NCBI GenBank assembly: GCA_965213625.1
Contig: CBDBZU010000004.1
Span: 2,336,001 to 2,400,000 of the forward strand
Length of the DNA stretch: 64,000 nucleotides
DNA from: a bacterium
GTDB lineage: Bacteria; UBA8248
Direction of reading: 5' to 3'
Shown here: positions 51,131-60,363 of the stretch, in pieces
How the letters are laid out: every line of letters begins with the position of its first letter
Numbering within the stretch: the stretch's first letter is position 1
The notes under the pieces: generated by a model
Databases searched by the model: none
Told to the model about the DNA's origin: nothing
What the model saw: the letters and a program-made list of their open reading frames with translations, nothing else
Made by a program: the position numbers and the translations under genes

Positions 51131-52471
51131 ATGATGGAAGAGATGAATCCTGTCCAACTGAGCGCCGTTCGCGCCGCAAAGGCGATACGAGAGGGCGAAT
51201 TGACTTCCCAGGAACTCGTCGAGGCGTGTCTGGCCCGCATCGAGGATCAAGAAGAACAGATCGGCGCCTGGGAGCACCTGGACAAGGAATTCGCGCTCAA
51301 GCAGGCGAGGGAGGCCGACCTCGCCAGAGGGGACGGGAGGGCCCTCGGTCCTTTTCACGGGGTTCCCGTCGGAATCAAGGACATCATCGACACGGCCGAT
51401 CTGCCGACCGAGAACGGCTCCATACTTCATGCGGGCCGCCGGCCAACCGAGGATGCGCCACTCGTATCCCTGCTCAAAAACGCCGGCGCCGTCATCATGG
51501 GCAAAACCGTGACGACGGAGTTCGCCGTCTATCACCCCGGCAAGACGAAGAACCCCCACGACCCGAAGCGCACGCCCGGCGGCTCGTCGAGCGGTTCCGC
51601 CGCTTCCGTCGCCTCCCACATGGTTCCCGTGGCGGTGGGGAGCCAGACGAACGGCTCCGTGATACGGCCCGCCTCTTTTTGCGGCGTCTGCGGCTTCAAG
51701 CCCACCCACGGATCGATTTCTCGCTACGGCATGCTTCCGCAGTCAAGGCCGATCGATCACGTGGGCCTTTTTGCGCGCTCGGTCGAGGACATCGCCTTCC
51801 TGGGTGATCAGCTGATGGTCTTTGATGCGCGCGATCCGGATATGCGGCATCGCGCGGCCCCGAGACTGCTGGAAACCGCCGCCTCTGAGCCACCGGTCGC
51901 GCCTCGCTTCGCGTTCGTGAAAACGCCCGTCTGGGATCAGGCCGAAGAGGACGCGCAGGCGGCCTTTGAGGGATTGGCGACGCGTCTGGGCGAGAGGGTA
52001 GTGGAGGAAGTCGAACTGCCCGAGCCCTTCAATAACGCGATCGAATGGCACCAGATCATCCTGGAATCGAACCTCGCGCGGAACTTCGAGACGGAATACG
52101 AACGCGGCAGGGACAAGCTGAGCGATCTTCTGCGAAAGATGATGGAACGCGGCAAAAAGTATCTTGCGGTGGATTACACCCGGGCGGTGGAGAAGGTGCC
52201 CGTGCTGAACGGTTTGCTGGGGGAGATATTCGAGCGTTACGACGCCCTGCTCACACCGCCAGCGCCGGGGCAGGCGCCCCTGGGGCTCGGCGCGACGGGG
52301 AATCCGGTTTTCTGCACCATCTGGACCTTGTGCGGGACGCCGGCCGTGACGCTTCCTCTGCTGCAAGGAGCGGACGGGATGCCGATAGGGGTTCAACTCG
52401 TGGGACCCAAGGGAGACGACGCCAGGCTGCTCCGGACGGCGAGGTGGCTGGAATCCCGGCTCGGCGGGTAG
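51131..52471 (+). CDS. Amidase-signature enzyme
   Basis: KDIIDT, GKTVTTEFA, TPGGSSSGSAA, GSQTNGSVIRPASFCG. Confidence 0.92.
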   Translation: MMEEMNPVQLSAVRAAKAIREGELTSQELVEACLARIEDQEEQIGAWEHLDKEFALKQAREADLARGDGRALGPFHGVPVGIKDIIDTADLPTENGSILHAGRRPTEDAPLVSLLKNAGAVIMGKTVTTEFAVYHPGKTKNPHDPKRTPGGSSSGSAASVASHMVPVAVGSQTNGSVIRPASFCGVCGFKPTHGSISRYGMLPQSRPIDHVGLFARSVEDIAFLGDQLMVFDARDPDMRHRAAPRLLETAASEPPVAPRFAFVKTPVWDQAEEDAQAAFEGLATRLGERVVEEVELPEPFNNAIEWHQIILESNLARNFETEYERGRDKLSDLLRKMMERGKKYLAVDYTRAVEKVPVLNGLLGEIFERYDALLTPPAPGQAPLGLGATGNPVFCTIWTLCGTPAVTLPLLQGADGMPIGVQLVGPKGDDARLLRTARWLESRLGG

Positions 52472-52568
52472 TTTTACGGAATCCGCGCAATTCACGGCAG
52501 GTGGCGGTTTCGCCACGCTCATCGAAGAGCTTGCCGGGTACAAGGTCTGCGATACAGGTTAGCCTTAC

Positions 52569-52791
52569 GGGGTTGTTGAAAAAGTCCAGATTTCGGGATT
52601 CGGAACGACGGATGTGAAGTTGTAGGGGTCGCATATATGCGACCCTGCCTTTTACGCCTGCCGACTATGGGCCGCATATATGCGGCCCCTACACGACCAA
52701 TCTTACCCACTCGCGCCGAGCCGGCTTCACATCCATCGCTTCGTGACACTCCATACCGCCCGTTCCCAGAGCCGGGTTATTCAACAACCCC
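52569..52791. mobile_element. MITE-like element with 12-bp TIRs and 4-bp TSD, carrying a REP doublet
   Basis: TTAC|GGGGTTGTTGAA ... TTCAACAACCCC|TTAC; inner IR GGATGTGAAG (52610-52619)/CTTCACATCC (52725-52734). Confidence 0.82.
52621..52693. repeat. Inverted GTAG-REP doublet (REPIN-like), family A
   Basis: Both arms identical to those of 1295-1366 in reverse orientation; the spacer is also homologous. Confidence 0.9.
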
Positions 52792-54183
52792 TTACACGAC
52801 TATCTCCGGATCGCCGTCGCCGAGCCACCCGATGGCAGTCATCGAGACTTCCGTGCCCGCGACGGGCGAGACTTCCGGTATCTGAATGGCCGTGAAGGCC
52901 GGCCTTCGTTTCGGGAAATATCTCTTGAACAAGGGCTCGAGCGCCGATAGGTGAGCGATGTTCTGGAGAAATAGCGTCAGGTGCGTCACCCGGCTCATAT
53001 CGGAATCTGCTGCTTTCATCGCGCTCTCCATCTGATCCAGAATTTCCAGTCCCTGTAGGACTAAATTTCTCGTAGCCGGCGGAGACGTTTTCGGTAGTTT
53101 CCGGCGTAGCGCTCCCTTGAGCTCGCTTCTTCTGCTGATCGGTTCGCCGTCCCCGTTCAGGCCGACGAGGTTCGAGAGGAAGAGTACTCCCCCCGCCGCG
53201 ACGCCCAGGCTCATCTGGGCGCCTGCTCCATCCTCACCCCGAATGACCTCGCGCTTGATCTTGCTTTTGTTCATCAGCGCCGTGGGTTCGATTTCGATTT
53301 TCTCGCCCTTGTGGCCGACTTCCGCCACCTGCATCACCGTAAGTGCTGGCGGGTCTTTTGGGAAAAACCGCTCGTGGATGCGGTGGAAGGTGGGATAATC
53401 GCGCATGTCCCCGAGATAGACGGTGAGGTTCAGGATGTTTTCGAGCGAAGAGTCCGAGCCTTCCAGATGTTTCCGGATGAGGTCGTAGACGAACCACGTC
53501 TGCGCGGCGATGGGGCCGTTTCTGCTGTCCTCGTGGCTCTGCCCGACGGAGAGGAATCTTCCCCTTTTTGGGATGTCGGGATAGTTGCGGATAAGGGGAG
53601 AGCCGGGTTTGGAGGTATCGGTCGGAATCTGCCCGGCGACGAAAAGGTACGGCCCGGCGCCCACGACGTGTGAGAAATGGGCGGCGGCCGAATGGGCCTT
53701 CGAGCCTGCATGCTTCATCCTTTTCCCAAGAGTTTTCGCCGCTTCGGGATTTAAGGCGATGCCGTCGATGTTGAAGCGCACGGAACGCTCGGGGTCGAAC
53801 GCGCCCATGCCCACGGCGGTGCTCGGCGTTGGCGCTTTCGGTTCGTAGTGGCGCCTGATGCTGTCGAACACCGGGAAAAAGCGCTTATCCAGCTGGTAGA
53901 GGTGGAACCTGAGCAGATTCTCAAGCCCCCCGCCATTCGCCACGAGCGTTTCCCCAACGCCTTCATAGGTGGCGATGGCCTGCGCGCCGATGGGCGCTTC
54001 GATCTTGTCGACCCATGGGTAGTTTTTGGTCCGCGCGGGTCCGCTGTTCCCGATTTCGGCGTATCTGGTACAGATGTTCCCCGTTTTCGGGTGCATACCC
54101 ATCTGTCCGCTGAAGAACAGGAAAGGCCCGCCCGAAACGCACCGGGGCCACTTGGCGTGATCTGAAAAGAATTTTCTGGACAT
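52792..54183 (-). CDS. Protein with three tandem RidA/YjgF-like domains
   Basis: Three units: FLFFSGQ...PSTAV, YLFVAGQ...LTVYLGDM.DY...PALTV...IEIE, VLFLS...LTLFL...PAFTA. Confidence 0.8.
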   Translation of the reverse strand: MSRKFFSDHAKWPRCVSGGPFLFFSGQMGMHPKTGNICTRYAEIGNSGPARTKNYPWVDKIEAPIGAQAIATYEGVGETLVANGGGLENLLRFHLYQLDKRFFPVFDSIRRHYEPKAPTPSTAVGMGAFDPERSVRFNIDGIALNPEAAKTLGKRMKHAGSKAHSAAAHFSHVVGAGPYLFVAGQIPTDTSKPGSPLIRNYPDIPKRGRFLSVGQSHEDSRNGPIAAQTWFVYDLIRKHLEGSDSSLENILNLTVYLGDMRDYPTFHRIHERFFPKDPPALTVMQVAEVGHKGEKIEIEPTALMNKSKIKREVIRGEDGAGAQMSLGVAAGGVLFLSNLVGLNGDGEPISRRSELKGALRRKLPKTSPPATRNLVLQGLEILDQMESAMKAADSDMSRVTHLTLFLQNIAHLSALEPLFKRYFPKRRPAFTAIQIPEVSPVAGTEVSMTAIGWLGDGDPEIVV

Positions 54184-56511
54184 TTACGCCTCTATGAAGG
54201 ATGGGGGTTGAAATGCGGTGATCTCGGGGAGTTCTTCCGCGTAGCGTTCCATCTCCACAAGCGCGCTGTGCGCGCTCGGACCCTGGCCGAGGCTGGAGGT
54301 TCCCTTGTCGGGCGTCAGTACGTTGGGGTTTCCGTGCTTGTCGAGAGCCCCGATTCTCCCGGGTTCCTGCGGGTCGTACCAGGCTCCCGTTGAAAGCTGG
54401 ATGACGCCCGGGAGCAGACCATCGGTGATAACGGCGCCTGCGAGAATCGAGCCTCGCTCGTTGAAGATCCTCACGACCTCTCCGCCTGCGATTCCTCTAG
54501 CTGCGGCGTCATCGGGGTGAATCCACACCGGTTCCCTGCCGTGAATCTTGCTTTCGAGACTGGTGGAGCCGTTGTCCATCTGGCCGTGGAGCCTCGTGCG
54601 CGGCTGGTTCGAGATCATGTGCAGCGGGAATTCCTCCGCCACCTCGCTACCCAGCCACTCGCGGGGTTCCAGCCATGCGGCGTGGGGCGGGCAATCGGCG
54701 TACCCGAAGCTCTCGATGCGTTCGGAAAATATCTCGATTTTCCCCGAGGGCGTCTTGAGCGGATTGCTCTCAGGTGTTTCCCTGAACTCGGCGAGATAGA
54801 CGTACGGCGTCTCCGGCGGGGCGACTTCCGTGTGCCCCGTCTCCCAGAAATGCTCGAACGTGTCGAGAACCACACCCTTGGCAGCGGCCTTCTGGCGCGC
54901 TTCCTCATAGATGTGGCGGAGCCATTCCAACTCGTCGCGGTCTTCGGTGAACGCGCTCTTGAAGCCGAGGCGTTCTGCGAGGTCGGCGAAAATGTCGAAA
55001 TCGTGACGGGCATCGCCCACCGGCTCGATCACCTTGTGCATGGCGAGTATGAAGCGATCCCTCGAACTCGAACCGACGTCGTTGCGCTCGAGCGTGGTGG
55101 TGGCGGGCAGCACGATGTCCGCATGGCGCGCCGTGGAGGTCCACCAGGGGTCGTGAACGACGATGGTTTCAGGCCTTTGCCACGCCCTCACCAGCCGGTT
55201 CAAATCCTGGTGGTGGTGGAAAGGATTGCCCCCGCACCAGTACACCATGCGGATGTCGGGGTAGGTGCGGCGCTCGCCGTTGAAGTCGTATTCTTCGCCC
55301 GGGTGGAGCATCATGTCCGCGATGCGGGCAACGGGAATGAAGCTGCCCGTCGGGTTTTTCCCAAAGTTCATTTTGACGGAGGGGATGTCCTCACGCGGCG
55401 TTCCGCGCCCGCCCATACTCCCGTAGCCGAAGCCGAACCCGCCGCCGGGCAGGCCGATTTGCCCGAGCATGGCGGCGAGCGTGATGGTCATCCAGAACGT
55501 CTGCTCGCCGTGATCCCCGCGCTGGAGCGACCAGTTCGTGTTGAGCATGGTTCGCGCGCCCGCCATGCGCCGGGCGAGGCTTCGGATGACGTCCGCCCCG
55601 ATCCCCGTGATGGGAGCTGCCCATTCCGCGCTCTTGGGCCGCCCGTCGGTCTTACCCGACAGATAGGCTTCGAACTTCTCGAACCCCACGCAGTAGCGCG
55701 CGAGGAAGTCCTTGTCGTGCAAATTCTCTTCCCAAAGCGTGTGGGCGAGGCCGAGCATGAGCGCCACGTCCGTATTGGGGCGTACGGCGAGCCACTGAGC
55801 GTCCAGTAAATCGGGCGCATCGTCTTTCAGGGGGCTTACGTTCACGAAATCCACCCCGTTCGCCTTCGCCCTTTCGAGCCAATGTTCCAGGGTGTGCTCT
55901 CCCGCGCCGCCAGCGGCCACTTGCGTGTTTTTGGCCGGGACGCCGCCGAACATGACGAACAGATTTGAGTCCTGCGCGATGCTGTCCCACGTCGTGATGG
56001 GGCCCGAGCAGGCGGTATTGTCCCCCAGGACGTGGGGTAGGATGACGTATCCGGCGGCGATGCTGTAGGTGGTCACCTGATCCGTAAAGCCGCCGAAGCA
56101 GTTGAAAAACCTCTTGACCAGCGTGTTCGCATGGTGAAAGCGGCCCGCGCTCGCCCAGCCGTATGAACCGGCGAAGATGGATTCGTTGCCGTGTCCGGCT
56201 ATGATGCGCCGGATTTCGTCGGCAATAGTCTTGAGGGCAAAATCCCAGGAGACGGGCACGAAAGGTTCGCCGCCACGCCCTTCGGACTTTTTCCCGGGGC
56301 CGCCCTCGAGCCAGCCCGCGCGGATCATAGGCTGGGAGACGCGGCTTTCGTCATAAACGGCATCCTGGATCGAATCGAGAATGGGGGAGGGCGCAGGGTC
56401 TTTGGCGAACGGCTCGAAACCCACCATGCGGCCATCACGTACGTGCGCCCGGAATGCGCCCCAGTGGGAACTGTGGTGACGTTTTTCAATTCCACTTTGC
56501 CCGTCGGGCAT
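54184..56511 (-). CDS. Cytoplasmic bis-MGD molybdoenzyme, BisC/TorA/DMSO reductase family
   Basis: SHWG, FAGSYGWASAGRFHHA, YS (Ser ligand), QRGDHGEQ, GGNPFHHHQD, RLHGQ, GAWYDP; no Tat signal. Confidence 0.92.
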   Translation of the reverse strand: MPDGQSGIEKRHHSSHWGAFRAHVRDGRMVGFEPFAKDPAPSPILDSIQDAVYDESRVSQPMIRAGWLEGGPGKKSEGRGGEPFVPVSWDFALKTIADEIRRIIAGHGNESIFAGSYGWASAGRFHHANTLVKRFFNCFGGFTDQVTTYSIAAGYVILPHVLGDNTACSGPITTWDSIAQDSNLFVMFGGVPAKNTQVAAGGAGEHTLEHWLERAKANGVDFVNVSPLKDDAPDLLDAQWLAVRPNTDVALMLGLAHTLWEENLHDKDFLARYCVGFEKFEAYLSGKTDGRPKSAEWAAPITGIGADVIRSLARRMAGARTMLNTNWSLQRGDHGEQTFWMTITLAAMLGQIGLPGGGFGFGYGSMGGRGTPREDIPSVKMNFGKNPTGSFIPVARIADMMLHPGEEYDFNGERRTYPDIRMVYWCGGNPFHHHQDLNRLVRAWQRPETIVVHDPWWTSTARHADIVLPATTTLERNDVGSSSRDRFILAMHKVIEPVGDARHDFDIFADLAERLGFKSAFTEDRDELEWLRHIYEEARQKAAAKGVVLDTFEHFWETGHTEVAPPETPYVYLAEFRETPESNPLKTPSGKIEIFSERIESFGYADCPPHAAWLEPREWLGSEVAEEFPLHMISNQPRTRLHGQMDNGSTSLESKIHGREPVWIHPDDAAARGIAGGEVVRIFNERGSILAGAVITDGLLPGVIQLSTGAWYDPQEPGRIGALDKHGNPNVLTPDKGTSSLGQGPSAHSALVEMERYAEELPEITAFQPPSFIEA

Positions 56512-56704
56512 CAGATGATTTCCTCCGCGATATCGGATCGGACCCATGATTTGATGTGCATTAAACGCAGTATATCACGAGTGGGAGACAAGTCCCCCCG
56601 ACCTGGCGTTCCAAGCGTCCAACACTGGTAACGGGATGATTTTAAGGCGAGAATATGCCATTGTTCCACCTTCTGAGTTCAAATTTTCTGATTTGGAGAA
56701 TCTC

Positions 56705-57190
56705 ATGGATTTGCTCACGCGAATGGCCGGTGAAATCGGGCAATTGCTGAAGGATAAGGGACAGACGGTCGCCGTTTCGGAAACGTCTGCCGGTGGCCTG
56801 GTGTCGGCCGCTCTGCTCGCCGTTCCGGGGGCTTCGGCCTACTACATGGGCGGCGGCGTGCTCTACACCTACGATTCGAGGAGCATCCTGCTCGGCTTGC
56901 CCGAGGACGCCTTCGAGGGTATGCGGCCGAGCACGGAGCCCTACGCGGCGAAGCTGGCCGGGGCGATAAAAGACAGGCTGGGGTCGACCTGGGGCGTGTC
57001 CGAAACAGGAGCGGCAGGCCCTGCGGGAAACAGGTACGGGGATGCGCCGGGGCATTCGTGCATGGCGGTTTCCGGTCCGGTGGATATGGTGATGACGCTG
57101 GAGACGGGCAGTGCGGAGAGGGAAGCGAACATGTGGGCGTTCGCGGAGGCGACGCTCGGCCAGCTCAAAGAGGCAATCGAACAAAGCTAA
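56705..57190 (+). CDS. CinA C-terminal / PncC-like protein
   Basis: VAVSETSAGGL, VPGAS.Y..GG, ETG.AGP. Confidence 0.85.
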   Translation: MDLLTRMAGEIGQLLKDKGQTVAVSETSAGGLVSAALLAVPGASAYYMGGGVLYTYDSRSILLGLPEDAFEGMRPSTEPYAAKLAGAIKDRLGSTWGVSETGAAGPAGNRYGDAPGHSCMAVSGPVDMVMTLETGSAEREANMWAFAEATLGQLKEAIEQS

Positions 57191-57209
57191 CCATATGGAG
57201 AGATGCGTT

Positions 57210-58196
57210 ATGTTTCGTGCTCTGGTTTTGGAGGAAGCGGACGGGAAAGTCAGTTCAGCGATTCAGGAACTCGATGAGGCGAGTTTGCCGGATGGCGACG
57301 TGACGGTCGCTATCGATTATTCGACGCTCAACTATAAAGACGGGATGGTGCTGGGCGGCATCGGGCGACTGGTGCGAAATTATCCTCACATCGGGGGCAT
57401 CGATTTCGCAGGCACGGTGGAGAAGAGCGCGCACCCGGGTTACAGCCCCGGAGACAAGGTGATACTCACCGGCTGGCGGGTCGGCGAGGCGCACTGGGGG
57501 GGATATTCCCAAAAGGCGCGCGTCAAGGGAGACTGGCTGGTCCATCTGCCGGAGAATATGTCCACGAGACAGGCGATGGCGCTCGGCACGGCAGGCTTCA
57601 CGGCGATGCTGTCGGTTCAGGCGCTTGAAGACCACGGCATGGGCGTGGATGACGGGGAGGTGCTCGTCACAGGCGCCGCAGGCGGGGTGGGTTCGGTCGC
57701 CGTGGCCGTTCTTGCGGGTCAGGGGTATTCCGTCACCGCGTCGACGGGCAGGGAGGAGACCCACGGATATCTCGAATCACTGGGCGCTTCGACCATCATC
57801 GCCCGGAGCGAACTCGCCGAACCCACGAAACGCCCGCTCGATAGCGAGCGTTGGGCGGGGTGCATCGACTCGGTGGGCGGCACGACGCTGGCGCGCCTGC
57901 TCACGCAGATGAAATACAGAAGCTCGGTGGCGGCGGTGGGTCTGGCCGGCGGGAGCGGGCTCGATACGACGGTAATCCCCTTTCTCCTGCGCGGCGTGAA
58001 TCTCCTGGGCATCGAATCCGTCATGTGCCCGTTTGAGCCTCGTAAGAAGGCGTGGGCGCGGCTTGCGGAGGAGATGCCGATGAACAAGCTCGAATCCATG
58101 ATCTCAGAAGCGACGCTTTCCGATCTGGCGGGTCTTGGCGGTGACATTCTGAAGGGTCAGGTGCGGGGCCGCGTGGTCGTGGACGTGAACGCCTAG
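57210..58196 (+). CDS. acuI: Acryloyl-CoA reductase AcuI/YhdH family
   Basis: YSTLNYKDG, GTAGFTAML.V.ALE, TGA.GGVGS, PF.LRGV.L.GI.SV, GRVVVD. Confidence 0.85.
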   Translation: MFRALVLEEADGKVSSAIQELDEASLPDGDVTVAIDYSTLNYKDGMVLGGIGRLVRNYPHIGGIDFAGTVEKSAHPGYSPGDKVILTGWRVGEAHWGGYSQKARVKGDWLVHLPENMSTRQAMALGTAGFTAMLSVQALEDHGMGVDDGEVLVTGAAGGVGSVAVAVLAGQGYSVTASTGREETHGYLESLGASTIIARSELAEPTKRPLDSERWAGCIDSVGGTTLARLLTQMKYRSSVAAVGLAGGSGLDTTVIPFLLRGVNLLGIESVMCPFEPRKKAWARLAEEMPMNKLESMISEATLSDLAGLGGDILKGQVRGRVVVDVNA

Positions 58197-58645
58197 GCGT
58201 TTCTTTTTTTCGTCAATTCGCGGTCCAAGGCCGCTGCGAATTTATGGCGATCCGCGGTGGCCATGGGCGGCGGGCCGCCCTGAACAAGGCCGCCCGAGCG
58301 CATATCCATCATGAAATTTCGTAAAGACAGCCGCTCACCCACGTTTTCCTCGTTGTAAACTTCTCCTCGCGGGTCGATGGTCAACGCGCCTTTTTCGACC
58401 GCCTTCGCCGCAAAGGGAACATCCGCGGTGATGACGAAATCACCGGCGGCCAAGTGATCGACGATATACTCATCGGCCACGTCCGCCCCGCCGGGGACCT
58501 GAATCATGGAGACAGAGGGAATATCCGGCGTCCTGAGCTTCATGTTGGCCACCAGCACGGTGGGAATATCGAGCCGATCGGCTGTTTTATAGAGAATCTC
58601 CTTGATGTCTTGCGGGCATGCATCGGCATCCACCCAGATTTTCAT
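58193..58645 (-). CDS. YaiI/YqxD (DUF188) family protein
   Basis: IWVDADACP, VITAD.P.A, DPRG. Confidence 0.92.
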   Translation of the reverse strand: MKIWVDADACPQDIKEILYKTADRLDIPTVLVANMKLRTPDIPSVSMIQVPGGADVADEYIVDHLAAGDFVITADVPFAAKAVEKGALTIDPRGEVYNEENVGERLSLRNFMMDMRSGGLVQGGPPPMATADRHKFAAALDRELTKKRNA

Positions 58646-58765
58646 GTGTTTTCCCTTTCATCGCCCTTAATCCCAGCAATTCCTTTATAGTATGATGCTT
58701 TTCAATCGAGATGCCCAATACGCTAGGCACAAGCGTCTGACATTTGTCTGCAGAAGGGGAAAGAG

Positions 58766-58981
58766 ATGGCGGAAAATCAAGAGGGTCATGAGAAAATTGC
58801 GGCGCGGATAAGCGAGATGGCCGATACAGTCTTTGGCGTGCCCCGGGATGAACTCGGCCTCAAGACGGCGGATGATTGCGCCCGGATGCTCCAGATTCTC
58901 TCAGGCACACCCGTAGAATCCACCGATGAGCCGTTTCTGCCCATGCTCGAAGAGCCGAAGGCCGATGAGGGTGCTAAATGA
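58766..58981 (+). CDS. Small acidic hypothetical protein coupled to the amidase
   Basis: 71 aa; purine-rich RBS; ATGA overlap with the amidase; EP near the C-terminus. Confidence 0.6.
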   Translation: MAENQEGHEKIAARISEMADTVFGVPRDELGLKTADDCARMLQILSGTPVESTDEPFLPMLEEPKADEGAK

Positions 58982-60321
58982 GTGAACACTGGCGGCTCTC
59001 ATTGAGTGATGGCTTAAGCAAGATGGAGAAGGGCGATCTCACCGCGACGGAGTGGGTGCGCTCTCTTTTTTCCCGCATCGACGCTTGTGAGGATAAGGTG
59101 AAAGCCTGGGTGCAGGTGGACACGCAAGGCGCTATTGAGGCGGCGAAGGCGATAGACGAGGCCCGAAACGTCGGGGAGGCGTTGGGTCCTCTGGCAGGCG
59201 CGCCTTATGCGGCCAAGGATATTTTCGGCATCCGGGGACTCAAGCTCGAAGCCGGAACGGAGATATTCAAGGGACAGACGGCTGCCGAGGACGCCGCTTG
59301 CGTGGCGCGCCTGCGGAGCGCGGGCGCGATTGCCCTGGGCAAAGCGGTGACGACGCCTTTCGCACAGGGAGACCCCTCCATCGCCCGCAATCCCTGGAAC
59401 ATCGAGCGAAGCCCGGGCGGGTCGAGCAGCGGCTCCGCCGCCGCCGTGGGCGCGGGCATGGTTCCCGCCGCGTTCGGCAGCCAGACGACGGGCTCCACGC
59501 TTCGTCCCGCCGCCTATTGCGGCGTACCGGGCCTGAAACCCACCTATGGACGGATACCCAGGACGGGCGTCATCGAAGTTTCGTGGAATTTCGATCACCC
59601 AGGAATCATCGCGCGCACCGTCGAGGACATCGCCAAAATCCTGGAGGTGGCGGCAGGTCCCGATGGCGCGGATCATAGCGCTGTGGATGCTTCGCCGCCC
59701 TCCGCCAACCAGACGCCCCGTAAGCCGGTGAAAATCGCCTATTTGAAGCATTTGCTCTCGCTTGCCAGCAAGGAAGTCGTCGAGTGGACCGAGCGAGCCG
59801 TAGCCCGAATAAAATCAACAGGTATCGACGTCGACGAGGTGGAGTTGCCCCTGAGCATGGATGAGATAAACGCGGCGCATTTCATCGCCCGGTGCGTGGA
59901 TACCGCAGCCTGCCATGAGGATTTGTACGCGGCGCACAAGGACGAACTGCCGCCTTACGTGCGCAGGAGCATGACGATCGGCTACATGGCGCCTGCTGTT
60001 CACTACGTGAAGGCGCTGCGCGTACGGACGAATTTTACCCGGAAAATGGACGATCTGATGAACCGCTACGACCTGTTCGTGCTGCCGAGTTTCGACGCGG
60101 GGCCGCCACCGTGGGCGGAATCCACCGGTGGGCCGGCCATGTTGCAGCCACTAACCTTTTCGGGGCAGCCCGCGATCACCCTGCCTATTGGACGCGGGGA
60201 CATGAATCTTCCCCTGGGTATCCAGTTCGGCGCGATGCGCTGCGGCGAGGAGAAGCTCCTGGCGATGGCGAAGTGGTTCGAGGACGAGATGGACTGGCGG
60301 GCGGCGTTTCCGGAATTTTAA
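58978..60321 (+). CDS. Amidase-signature enzyme
   Basis: KDIF, SPGGSSSGSAAAV, GSQTTGSTLRPAAYCG. Confidence 0.9.
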   Translation: MSEHWRLSLSDGLSKMEKGDLTATEWVRSLFSRIDACEDKVKAWVQVDTQGAIEAAKAIDEARNVGEALGPLAGAPYAAKDIFGIRGLKLEAGTEIFKGQTAAEDAACVARLRSAGAIALGKAVTTPFAQGDPSIARNPWNIERSPGGSSSGSAAAVGAGMVPAAFGSQTTGSTLRPAAYCGVPGLKPTYGRIPRTGVIEVSWNFDHPGIIARTVEDIAKILEVAAGPDGADHSAVDASPPSANQTPRKPVKIAYLKHLLSLASKEVVEWTERAVARIKSTGIDVDEVELPLSMDEINAAHFIARCVDTAACHEDLYAAHKDELPPYVRRSMTIGYMAPAVHYVKALRVRTNFTRKMDDLMNRYDLFVLPSFDAGPPPWAESTGGPAMLQPLTFSGQPAITLPIGRGDMNLPLGIQFGAMRCGEEKLLAMAKWFEDEMDWRAAFPEF

Positions 60322-60363
60322 GACTGCATACATTATTGAGTTCTTGACATTGAGGGGCCTGAA

